Virus record (IMG/VR): IMGVR_UViG_3300017971_000203
DNA: 64,000 nt
Direction: 5' to 3' (one strand)
Source: a virus
A program made the translations under genes and the position numbers. Every line of letters starts with the position of its first letter. The first letter of the stretch is position 1. The notes under the pieces were generated by a model. The model was not told the origin of the DNA. It was given only the letters and a program-made list of their open reading frames with translations, and ran no database searches. Shown piece after piece: positions 9,826 to 17,722 of the stretch.

Positions 9826-10329
9826 TCAGGTGTCGCACACCGCCTCCCTGGCCGCCCAACGGCGGTCCCGCTCTTCCTCCCACTCTTTCTCTTCGGCCTC
9901 CCACCGATCGCGCATCTCGGCAATCCGGGGGAACTTCTCCCGGAAGTACTCCTTTTCCTCCTCTTCCTCGTCCACGAACTGCACGTGTTCCATCAGGGTC
10001 GCGATGTCGTTCTCCTGCTGGAGGGTCTCCTTCACCCCCATGAACTCGGCCGGCACACCCAAGCCCGCGAGCAGACGTTCCCGGGCCAGGTCCAGGTCGA
10101 TCGGGAGCAGGTCTGCCGGTGTGACCGTCGTCGGAGGCGTCGTCAGAACGGTTTGAATGGAGAAGGCCGGATCTGGCGGACGCATGGGGGCTGTGTGGAC
10201 GTGCGTCTGGAACAGGACAGCCAGCCTCTGAACGGCGGCCTTCGTTTCCAGGATCAGCCCCTTCATCTCGCGAACAAAGTCCGGCTCGGTTCGGATGCTG
10301 CCGCGCTGCCGGATCACACTCCTACTCAT
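9826..10329 (-). CDS. Hypothetical protein with portal-like segment
   Basis: DLARERLLAGLGVPAEFMG. Confidence 0.55.
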   Translation of the reverse strand: MSRSVIRQRGSIRTEPDFVREMKGLILETKAAVQRLAVLFQTHVHTAPMRPPDPAFSIQTVLTTPPTTVTPADLLPIDLDLARERLLAGLGVPAEFMGVKETLQQENDIATLMEHVQFVDEEEEEKEYFREKFPRIAEMRDRWEAEEKEWEEERDRRWAAREAVCDT

Positions 10330-10856
10330 GGCCGAGCATCCTTGGAAGCCTGCACTGAGCTCCACACGAACTCCGCCTTGGCCCGGTTACATCCTAGCCT
10401 CTGCATGCACACAGCGACGCTTTTTTCGCGGTCGTCCCCGATCATGTCGAGGAGCTCCCTCCGGGACAGTCCGAACTCCGCCATACCTTCCTGAATGGAC
10501 GCCTCACGATCCTCCAGTTGGGCGACCACTTTCTTCATGTGCTCGTCGACGGGGTTCGAAACGCGGGGCACCTCGAGCTCCTGGACGAGCTCCGAGAGCC
10601 ACTCATCGTCAGGCAAAGTGTCCCGATAGCCGGCGACGATCTCTTCGGTGCTGTAACCCGGAGGAACGGCGCACCAGAGCGCCACTTTGGCCCGACTGAC
10701 ATCCCTATCGGTCTCGAGCCGCCAGACCTCTCCGGTCCACTCGGCGTAGCACAGGGCGTAGTTCGTGATCACCAGGGATTCGTTCATCTTCACGTAGGCC
10801 AACAGGCGAAACCCCGCCAGGGGCCGGTCCTTGAAGGTCTTCCAGTTCAGCTGCAT
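10326..10856 (-). CDS. Hypothetical protein
   Basis: 176-aa ORF; SD GGAG. Confidence 0.65.
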   Translation of the reverse strand: MQLNWKTFKDRPLAGFRLLAYVKMNESLVITNYALCYAEWTGEVWRLETDRDVSRAKVALWCAVPPGYSTEEIVAGYRDTLPDDEWLSELVQELEVPRVSNPVDEHMKKVVAQLEDREASIQEGMAEFGLSRRELLDMIGDDREKSVAVCMQRLGCNRAKAEFVWSSVQASKDARP

Positions 10857-11440
10857 TCTTCTGTCTCCTTTTCTTTCAGAGCCCTCTGAAGGGTGCCCCT
10901 CGGGATGCCTAGGAGCTTGCTCACTTTCCGTTGGGAGTAGCCCTTGCCAAAGAGCTCTTCCACGGCTTCTAGGTCGGTCTCTACCCTGGGACGCCCGACG
11001 TGTGTCCCGTTGGCCTTAGCGTGCTGCATACCGGCCTTGACCCGCTCCCTGATGGTGTCGCGTTCGAACTCGGCGAAGGCGGCCACGATGGTGAAGAACA
11101 TCTTTCCGGCGGCACTGGTCGTGTCGATGGTCTCCCGGAGGGACACGAAGTCGACGCTGTGCTCCTGGAAGGTCTCCAAGGCGGTCACGAGCTGCCGTGT
11201 GCTCCGGGCGAAGCGGTCGAACTTCCACACAAGGACTACGTCCAGCTTCCCGGTGATCGCATCCTTCATGAGCTTGTCGAGCGCCTTCCTGGAGGCCTTC
11301 GCACCGGAGACACCTTCGTCGACGTACTCCCTGTGCTTCCAGCCGTTGAGCTCCACGTACTTGCGGAGCTCCTCAAGCTGCATCTCGACGCTCTGATCCT
11401 TCGTGGACACCCTGGCGTAGATCCCGGCCCGCTTTTTCAT
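10847..11440 (-). CDS. Small serine recombinase (resolvase/invertase) with C-terminal HTH
   Basis: YARVST..Q...Q, DEGVSG, VWKFDRFARS, AEFERDTIRERVKAG, GRP, HTH. Confidence 0.95.
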   Translation of the reverse strand: MKKRAGIYARVSTKDQSVEMQLEELRKYVELNGWKHREYVDEGVSGAKASRKALDKLMKDAITGKLDVVLVWKFDRFARSTRQLVTALETFQEHSVDFVSLRETIDTTSAAGKMFFTIVAAFAEFERDTIRERVKAGMQHAKANGTHVGRPRVETDLEAVEELFGKGYSQRKVSKLLGIPRGTLQRALKEKETEECS

Positions 11441-12572
11441 GACGACCCCTCAGCTCTCTTGAGCAGCCGTGGCATCAACACCCAGCGCATCTGGGAGTCG
11501 GGGGCGACCACCTCTTCGTCGCGCCCCTTCGGGTGCTCGGCGATCATCTTGTCCAGGAAAGCCACCGCTTCACACTCCTCTTTGTGAGGAGAAAAGGCAG
11601 CGCAGAAGTCTCTGTACTCGCCCAGGGTCCCGGGACAGGGGTTGCCTTCTTCGTCTTTTCTCATCGTGTCCTCCGTTACACGTCCGACGCTTGGCGCGTC
11701 CGTTGATAGTCGGTCTCACGCTCTTCGACGTACTCGCCCCGGTGTTTCCGCCCCACGCGGTTGATCGTCCACCAGGGCGACCAGGGCTCGGAGCGCTTGT
11801 TGCGAAAGCGCACCTTGGCGTTCTTCTTCAGCTTGTCTGCCGGCAGGTACGTGGTCGTCCACCACGTCTCTTCGGTCTCGGGGTCGTCCCGGTACAGCGA
11901 ACACTGGCAGTAGTACTCATGGCGTGGCATCGGTCTCTTCCTTGCGCTCCCGGTACCAGACGAAGCCGCACTTGTCGTCGCATTCGGCCACACAGAGGGT
12001 CTCCAGGCGGTAGTGCATCGCAGGAGCGCAACCGCACTTCGGGCACAAGTCGCCACGGACACCCAGGACATCTTCGCTTCGGCCCCCGAGTTCCGGTGGT
12101 AGCCTGATGTAGTCAGGGGTGCCGATGAGCAGGGCGCAGGAGCCGTCCAGGTCTTCACGCATGGGGAGCTGTCCCGGGAACTTGTCCAACCAGAGTGTGC
12201 TCATGGCTTCCTCCCGTAGAAGAGGCGCGTGAGCACCTCCCATTCCGTTCGTTCACGGAGCTTCTTGATAGCGCGCGCGGGCGCGCCCAGGTACGTGTAT
12301 TCGAGGAGCGCCACGAGGGCCGCCTGGCTATTCTCTCTCAAGTACTGCCAGGTCTGGAGCCACGGGGGCTCGGCCTTGTTCTCTTCTTCGAGCTGCACCC
12401 GAAGGTCGAGAAGCGCCTGGATCCGGTGCGCGCTCGGCGAACCCACTTCCAGGAAGCCGTTCTCGAGCTCTTCCCGGACCTTCTCGTCGATTCGTCGCAG
12501 TGTTTCATGGCGGTGCATGGGTGTCCCCCTCCGTTGGAACTGCACACATCGTGTGTCGATGTGACACCACAC

Positions 12573-12601
12573 ACCGTAATAGGTCGCTATTCGATTGTCA
12601 A
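12573..12601 (-). promoter_or_regulatory. sigma70-type promoter
   Basis: TTGACA-17-TACGGT. Confidence 0.7.
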
Positions 12602-12900
12602 GCGGAAAAGAGGAAAAAGATCAGACGGAGTAGACGGGGGTGTCCGAGAGGACCATGGCGTCGAAGATGGCGAGCCCGATCGGGAGCTTTCTTCGGCGGC
12701 ACTTCGGACACTCGAGGCTACCTCCATCGGAGTCGACCATGTGCTCCCGGCACTTTCGGTCGGGACAGTCCGAGGGCAGCAGGGTGGACTGGTTCTCCAG
12801 GACGGTACTGTGGTTCAAGTCTGCTCGAGGCATGGCGCCCTCCTTCGGGTCCTCTCCCCAATCTTTTGTATACCCGGAAACGAACGCTTCCGGGCCACTC

Positions 12901-14106
12901 TCACCAGCTTCCATCGCGAACGGTCTCTGTGTCGACCACCTTCGGGGTGCCGCAACTGACGACCTCCTCGACCGGGGCGCTCGAATCGTCCTGTTGACCC
13001 TCTAAGCCCTTGTCCTTGTCCATCTCGGAGATGGTCTTCACCTTGCCCAGCGTCTCGGAGGCCTCCACGTCACCAAGGTCCTTGTCGTAGAGGTCGAACC
13101 AGGGGATCCCGGCCGCGAAGTACTCGTCCTTGCCGATGGGGCTCGGGGGCGGCGCTTCGCCGGTGATCTGCTGGTACATCTCCGCGTTCACCAGGTGGAC
13201 GAACACGCGCTGCTTGCAGTCCTGGTCCCAGACATGGACACCGTGGGGGTCGGGATAGACCTGCTGACGCATCGAGCCGCCCGCACCCATCCCCATCAGA
13301 GCCGCCTTCGGGGCGTTCTCCTGGAAGCTCCTCTTCGCGTGTCTCCGAATCACCGTGGGCTTGATGGCGTGCCTCATGAAGCCCTTGGCAACGCCTTCAG
13401 GGGCTCCCGCAGGCGCAGTGCTGCACAGGACCGCGCTCTCGAGGGTGTGCCCGCCGCTGGTCTTCACTTCCCCGGAGTAGCTCTCGAAGCCGTCGTCGCC
13501 GTCCCAGCCGAGGCTCTGCCCGGAGGCTCCGCCAGCAGTCGCAAAGCCGCCCTTCGCGACACCGCGGGAGCGCGTGCCTCTGCGCTTCTTGGGCTTCGGG
13601 AAGTGCTCTCGCTTGCCCGGGTAGACGGCCAGCTGCAGGCCGCCGTGCTTCTCCTCACCCGTGACCTGACCTTCCACGGTATAGCCCATGCCCAGGGGCA
13701 TCGCCACGAACTGGCTGACCTTGCCCTCTTCGGACTTGATGCCGTCGATCCACTTCTGGGGCGGAGCCACGAGGTAGTCCTGCTTGTCCTCGCTGAGACC
13801 GTCCTTCCAGGGCTCACCCGTGATGGCGTCGATCTTCCCGACGCCAACCTTCACGGCGCAGGGCGCGTGCGTGCGCAGTCCGAACTGGATCCACATCGCT
13901 TCGCGCTGGTGGAGCGGCAGGAACACGCCGCCCTTCTCCACCCAGCTGGGCGGCACCTTGTCCTTGTAGTCGTCGATGCGCTTGAGAGGGAAGCGTCCGA
14001 CCGAGCGTGGCAGGGGGTAGGTCTTTCCGTCCTCCGGGAGCCGGAAGGTTCTGTGGAAGACCACGATCAGGTTCTCTGTGTGCAGTTCATTGCCGATGAC
14101 TTTCAT
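12901..14106 (-). CDS. Conserved hypothetical protein (FxRTxRxPxDGxxYxLP family)
   Basis: FHRTFRLPEDGKTYPLP, QREAMWI, QDYLVAPPQKWIDG, QFVAMPLGMGYTVEGQVTG, GAGG, PWFDLY. Confidence 0.8.
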   Translation of the reverse strand: MKVIGNELHTENLIVVFHRTFRLPEDGKTYPLPRSVGRFPLKRIDDYKDKVPPSWVEKGGVFLPLHQREAMWIQFGLRTHAPCAVKVGVGKIDAITGEPWKDGLSEDKQDYLVAPPQKWIDGIKSEEGKVSQFVAMPLGMGYTVEGQVTGEEKHGGLQLAVYPGKREHFPKPKKRRGTRSRGVAKGGFATAGGASGQSLGWDGDDGFESYSGEVKTSGGHTLESAVLCSTAPAGAPEGVAKGFMRHAIKPTVIRRHAKRSFQENAPKAALMGMGAGGSMRQQVYPDPHGVHVWDQDCKQRVFVHLVNAEMYQQITGEAPPPSPIGKDEYFAAGIPWFDLYDKDLGDVEASETLGKVKTISEMDKDKGLEGQQDDSSAPVEEVVSCGTPKVVDTETVRDGSW

Positions 14107-14369
14107 GTCGTCTCCTCGTAGTGGCGGGGCCTCCGCCCCTGCAAACTCGAAAGCTCAAGCGGGTTACGAAGTCGTCTGTGGCCGCAAAGGAAGAGCGGTG
14201 CCCCGAGTGGAACTGGATATCGAGACCGCCGCGAAAGGTGCTGCCCATGACGATTCTGTGTGTGTCGTCCCAGTAGTGGACCCGGATGACATCTTCAGGA
14301 TCCGGGGCCTCAGTGAACTCGAGAGCCGAGAAGCCCTGAGACAGCTCTCTCCAGCGGAACGTGCCCACA
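14087..14369 (-). other. Cassette 14, terminal module in the continued linker frame
   Basis: ...HRIVMGSTFRGGLDIQFHSGHRSSFAATDDFVTRLSFRVCRGG... in ORF 14087..14998. Confidence 0.7.
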
Positions 14370-14583
14370 TCACCCCCGTGCGATCCGGAAGCCGACATCG
14401 CTGCCTGCTCCGATCTGGTGTTCGTCGAGGCGTCCATCGTGCTCGAGGAAGTCTCGGTCGTGGGTGCGCACGTAGATGACATTGTTGTAGCAGAAGCCTT
14501 TGAGGAGGGACTTGTAGGAGGCGGTCCGGGGCCTCGGTCCGTTCCCGAGGGGCCAGGGGTTCGGGATCTCAGGCCAAAAGTGG
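14370..14583 (-). other. Cassette 13, placed in 0 frame by a 1-nt insertion in its heptamer (CC[A]CTTTT)
   Basis: HFWPEIPNPW...LLKGFCYNN...SDVGFRIARG*. Confidence 0.8.
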
Positions 14584-17405
14584 CGGCGATCACCCGTAGC
14601 AGATCCGGAAGCCGACGATGTCGTGAGGACTCCCTGGGTAGAAGTTCTCGTCGTGGTAGTAGTTGGTCCGCTTGTGGAGAGTGCCGTCGCTTCTGTTCCG
14701 GTCCCACCAGGACCCGCCCCGGAGACTCCAAAAGGGCGGGGCTCACCCCCAGCAGATCCGGAAGCCCGTGAAGAAGATGCCACGTGGTCGGAGGCTCCCG
14801 TTCCGTCGTCCGAGATGGATCCGGAGAGCGTTCGTGAAGCGGGAGTAGCACTCGCCTCTTCGAACGCGGCGCCGAAAGGGCGCTTACCCTCTGCAAACCC
14901 GGAATCCGATGATGTAGAGCTTTCCTGTGATTCTCCATACCGTGCTGCATCTGCCGAGGGGTTGGAAGTCCTCTGAGAACCACGAGTTCCCTCGGCACCT
15001 GCTAAAGGGCCCCTACCCCCAGCAGATCCGGAAACCTTTGCCCCAGGAGTTGTCGGCGAAAGGTTCGGAGTCACGCTTCGCGACGCTGGCGACACCTCTG
15101 AAGAGGCTGCTGGCGAAGCCTCGCCCGGTCTTGGCGACAGGGAAGACGAAGTGTCGAAAGGGCGCTCAAGTACCTCCGTCGGATCGGACGATCCGGAATC
15201 CGAGCAGCTTGTCGGACATGGTTGTGAGCCCGGTTCCCCGGGCGTTGAGACGGAGGGAGACCGCGGAGCCGCCCCCTCGACAGATCGGGATCCAGACAAA
15301 GGGCGGCGCTCACCCCCAGCAGATCCGGAAGCCGGCGCTGGTCCAGTCCCCGAACTCACGCCCCTGTCTTCGGCGGGATGCGGAAGGCTGGAGTCGCATC
15401 CAGGACCCCGCTCGGACGACCCGAAAGGGACAGCGTCCTCCTCATCCTCGGCAGATCCGGAATCCGCGCCGCTGGTGGGCCCAGCTTCGTCGTGGGGAGA
15501 AGCACTTCCCAGACAGTCGCACGCGCGCGTAGACGGCGTCGAAACACCCTCCCCGGGGCTTGCCATACGGCTCCCGCCAGGGCTCCCCGGAAAAGGGTGA
15601 TCACCCCCAACAGATCCGGAAGCCGATATGATGGGCCCGGGTCCACATGGTGCGGGGGGTCTTTCTCCCGGGTCGCAAATTGTGGGGAGGGTACGGGTGT
15701 GCTGCATCGAGCCATGCGCCCCCTCGGAGGAAGCGGTCCCGAGGAAAGGGTCAGGAGTGTCCTCCTCGACAGATCCGGAAGCCCCAGCGGCCGGCTGCTC
15801 CTCTTCCGTATCCTCTGATGGAGAGCCGTCCGAGAGCGGGGGTAAAGAACTCGATGAGGTAGATCCCCCGCTCCCCGAGTCGAAAGGGCGATCAACCTCG
15901 GGCGATTCGAAAACCCTTACCAAATGAGGAGGAGGCGAAGGGCTCGGATGACCGCTTCGCGAGGCTGGCGACGCCCCTGTAGTAGACGCTGGCGAAGCCC
16001 CGCCCGACCTTGGCGAAGGGGCTCGGTCCTCGAGCGACCCGGTCGGCCTCTGTGGTCTCTCCCCAGGGACGAAAGGGCGGCGATTACCCCTGGGATCGGA
16101 CGATCCGGAAGCCGAGGAGCGTCCCCTTGTACTCGGGGTAGCTCCCAGGGCCTCGGTGGGCGATCCGGGCTCCGTGACCAGAGGAGAGTTCCCTGAACAA
16201 GCGTCCGCCTCGGAAGTTGGCACTTCGAAAGGGCGCCGTCTACCCCCGGCAGATCCTGAACCCTGGTCGAACGGTGTAGAAGACGTAGGTCTCGAGCTCG
16301 ATGTACCAGGACTTGAAGCCCTCGGGGTGTTGGTTCCCGAGCCACTCGCGGCGGGACAATCGGAGGGGTGGGTCGGGGTAGAAAGCGCCGCGGAGAGTGA
16401 GGGATCGCCGTGCCCAAAAGGGAGCTCAACCTCGGCAGAGCCGACGCCCTCGGGGTCCGGCTCGGGCGTCTGGGACGAGGCTGAGTCTGGAGAGGGGCAG
16501 GGGCCAGTCGAGAGAGGAAGTCGTTCGATCTCGAAATTGACCTCCGCGGGCTCTCCGCGCTGGTGCCGTTTCTTCGACGTCACCTGCCTCATGGGAGGGT
16601 CCGGCTTCTGCTCCGCCATAGTGATGTCGGGCTTCGCGTGCTTCATGTGTTCGGCGTATTCGTCCCAGCACCACTCCCAGACGTTCCCCAGGCAGTCGTA
16701 GAGGCCCCACCTGTTCGGAGCCAGCTGCCGAACCGCATGAGTCCGACCATCTGAGTTCTGGTCAAACCAGGCGATCTCTTCCAGAGACGCCTCGCGCCAC
16801 TCGACTTCGCCACCACACCGGTCGCACACCCCAATCTCGTACCGCGCACCGTCGCTGCCCGCCCTGGCGGCGTACTCCCACTCCACCTCGGACGGGATCC
16901 GGAAGCCCGGGCCCTCCTTCCACAGGTAGCCCTGCTGGCGGTCCCCGATGTACGCGGGCGGTAAACCGCAGCGCTCCGAGAGCGCGTTGCAATACTCGAT
17001 GGCGTCGTACCAGCTCACGCACTCCACCGGGCGCTCGAGAGGATTGTCGCCCTGCTGGAAGTGGCTGGGGTTCTTCCCCATCACCGCTGCGTACTCGGAC
17101 TGCGTGACCGGCGCAGAAGCCATCCAGTACGTGTTCTCGATCGTCACCTCGATCTGATGCTCGTTCCGCCACCGACCATCTTCGTCCGGCGGACTGCCCA
17201 ACACGTCCGTACCGGCAGGGATCTCCACCAGCTCCGGGATCACAACGCCCTCCAGACGTGCGAGGTCAAGGCGCGCGAGCACGTCCCCTCCCCGGCTGCG
17301 AAGCCGCAGGAACTCCCGGAGAGCCGCCTCGTCATTGTCCACCGCCAGCTTCCCCAAGCGCTCGAGCTGCCGCACGTTGGTCGTTGATTCTCTCGTTGTC
17401 TCCAC
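14370..17405 (-). CDS. FGE-sulfatase (SUMF1/C-type lectin fold) protein, 0-frame product with long Ser/Gly/Pro linker; parent of frameshift isoform array
   Basis: Motifs IPAG..LGSP, PVTQSEY, PVECVSWYDAIEYCN, RIPSEVEWEYAARAG, PNRWGLYDCLGNVWEWCWD; ends VGFRIARG*. GTG start at 17405 follows SD GGAGGGG. Confidence 0.93.
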   Translation of the reverse strand: METTRESTTNVRQLERLGKLAVDNDEAALREFLRLRSRGGDVLARLDLARLEGVVIPELVEIPAGTDVLGSPPDEDGRWRNEHQIEVTIENTYWMASAPVTQSEYAAVMGKNPSHFQQGDNPLERPVECVSWYDAIEYCNALSERCGLPPAYIGDRQQGYLWKEGPGFRIPSEVEWEYAARAGSDGARYEIGVCDRCGGEVEWREASLEEIAWFDQNSDGRTHAVRQLAPNRWGLYDCLGNVWEWCWDEYAEHMKHAKPDITMAEQKPDPPMRQVTSKKRHQRGEPAEVNFEIERLPLSTGPCPSPDSASSQTPEPDPEGVGSAEVELPFGHGDPSLSAALSTPTHPSDCPAASGSGTNTPRASSPGTSSSRPTSSTPFDQGSGSAGGRRRPFEVPTSEADACSGNSPLVTEPGSPTEALGATPSTRGRSSASGSSDPRGNRRPFVPGERPQRPTGSLEDRAPSPRSGGASPASTTGASPASRSGHPSPSPPPHLVRVFESPEVDRPFDSGSGGSTSSSSLPPLSDGSPSEDTEEEQPAAGASGSVEEDTPDPFLGTASSEGAHGSMQHTRTLPTICDPGERPPAPCGPGPIISASGSVGGDHPFPGSPGGSRMASPGEGVSTPSTRACDCLGSASPHDEAGPTSGADSGSAEDEEDAVPFGSSERGPGCDSSLPHPAEDRGVSSGTGPAPASGSAGGERRPLSGSRSVEGAAPRSPSVSTPGEPGSQPCPTSCSDSGSSDPTEVLERPFDTSSSLSPRPGEASPAASSEVSPASRSVTPNLSPTTPGAKVSGSAGGRGPLAGAEGTRGSQRTSNPSADAARYGESQESSTSSDSGFAEGKRPFGAAFEEASATPASRTLSGSISDDGTGASDHVASSSRASGSAGGEPRPFGVSGAGPGGTGTEATALSTSGPTTTTTRTSTQGVLTTSSASGSATGDRRHFWPEIPNPWPLGNGPRPRTASYKSLLKGFCYNNVIYVRTHDRDFLEHDGRLDEHQIGAGSDVGFRIARG
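14590..14736 (-). other. Cassette 12 (-1 frame, CCCTTTT)
   Basis: PFWSLRGGSWWDRNRSDGTLHKRTNYYHDENFYPGSPHDIVGFRICYG*; canonical RGGSW...GFR. Confidence 0.92.
14743..14880 (-). other. Cassette 11 (-1 frame, CCCTTTC)
   Basis: PFRRRVRRGECYSRFTNALRIHLGRRNGSLRPRGIFFTGFRICWG*. Confidence 0.87.
14884..15009 (-). other. Cassette 10 (-1 frame, CCCTTTA)
   Basis: PFSRCRGNSWFSEDFQPLGRCSTVWRITGKLYIIGFRVCRG*. Confidence 0.87.
15013..15162 (-). other. Cassette 9 (-1 frame, CCCTTTC), paralog of cassette 3
   Basis: PFRHFVFPVAKTGRGFASSLFRGVASVAKRDSEPFADNSWGKGFRICWG*. Confidence 0.87.
15166..15303 (-). other. Cassette 8 (-1 frame, CCCTTTG)
   Basis: PFVWIPICRGGGSAVSLRLNARGTGLTTMSDKLLGFRIVRSDGGT*. Confidence 0.85.
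15310..15429 (-). other. Cassette 7 (-1 frame, CCCTTTC)
   Basis: PFRVVRAGSWMRLQPSASRRRQGREFGDWTSAGFRICWG*. Confidence 0.9.
15442..15597 (-). other. Cassette 6 (-1 frame, CCCTTTT)
   Basis: PFSGEPWREPYGKPRGGCFDAVYARVRLSGKCFSPRRSWAHQRRGFRICRG*. Confidence 0.87.
15601..15750 (-). other. Cassette 5 (-1 frame, CCCTTTC)
   Basis: PFPRDRFLRGGAWLDAAHPYPPHNLRPGRKTPRTMWTRAHHIGFRICWG*. Confidence 0.9.
15751..15888 (-). other. Cassette 4 (-1 frame, CCCTTTC)
   Basis: PFRLGERGIYLIEFFTPALGRLSIRGYGRGAAGRWGFRICRGGHS*. Confidence 0.85.
15892..16077 (-). other. Cassette 3 (-1 frame, CCCTTTC)
   Basis: PFRPWGETTEADRVARGPSPFAKVGRGFASVYYRGVASLAKRSSEPFASSSFGKGFRIARG*. Confidence 0.87.
16084..16233 (-). other. Cassette 2 (-1 frame, CCCTTTC)
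   Basis: PFRSANFRGGRLFRELSSGHGARIAHRGPGSYPEYKGTLLGFRIVRSQG*. Confidence 0.87.
16240..16422 (-). other. Cassette 1 (-1 frame, CCCTTTT)
   Basis: PFWARRSLTLRGAFYPDPPLRLSRREWLGNQHPEGFKSWYIELETYVFYTVRPGFRICRG*. Confidence 0.85.
16426..16599 (-). other. Cassette 0 (-1 frame, degenerate entry CCCTCCC)
   Basis: PSHEAGDVEETAPARRARGGQFRDRTTSSLDWPLPLSRLSLVPDARAGPRGRRLCRG*. Confidence 0.55.
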
Positions 17406-17422
17406 CGTCCCCTCCGTTGGTC

Positions 17423-17722
17423 TCAGTTCTGAAGCCGCTGTCGCTGGCCCTTGAACCACAAGCCCGAGTCCTGCTCCTTTTGGTTGTCGTAGCTCTCCAC
17501 GTCCCAGTCGGCGTGGTAGAACGTGACCCGCACGAGGTTCTGCTCCTGGTGATCCAGGTTGAGCGGAAGGTCGCGCCACGAGATGCGGCACCCATACGGG
17601 TCCTTCGCCAGACGCTCATTGATAGCCACGATCACCGGACCCAGGTCCCGCTCCTTGTTCTTCTTCCACTGCTCACGCGCACTCACTGGCGTGATTGGCT
17701 CGACTTTCTGGTTGCTGCCCAT
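17423..17722 (-). CDS. Hypothetical protein
   Basis: 99-aa ORF directly upstream of the FGE gene. Confidence 0.6.
   Translation of the reverse strand: MGSNQKVEPITPVSAREQWKKNKERDLGPVIVAINERLAKDPYGCRISWRDLPLNLDHQEQNLVRVTFYHADWDVESYDNQKEQDSGLWFKGQRQRLQN

Larger units (their letters stand above)
14087..16599 (-). repeat. Tandem array of 15 alternative FGE/CLec C-terminal cassettes (mostly 120-190 nt)
   Basis: Recurring ends GGCTTCCGGATCTGCTGGGGG(TGA/TAG) and starts CCCTTTN; variable interiors; heptamer spacings all multiples of 3. Confidence 0.93.

Noticed and set aside
14730-16422. Transcriptional slippage or homopolymer phase variation as the mechanism
   Set aside because: Runs are only 3-4 nt, much shorter than typical slippage tracts; the codon-phased heptamer plus SD fits ribosomal slippage better.
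14370-16430. CRISPR array
   Set aside because: Repeats are degenerate and coding (GFRICWG), spacers are about 100-160 nt and variable, and no cas genes are present.
10847-16599. Shufflon driven by the nearby serine recombinase
   Set aside because: All cassettes are in direct orientation with no inverted crossover sites. Deletion between in-register heptamers keeps frame 0, so it would not expose a cassette or explain the open linker. A role in array expansion remains possible.
14087-17405. Diversity-generating retroelement
   Set aside because: The target fold fits, but there is no RT, Avd or TR/VR pair differing only at adenines in the window, and cassettes differ in length and at all bases. 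An RT elsewhere in the genome cannot be excluded.
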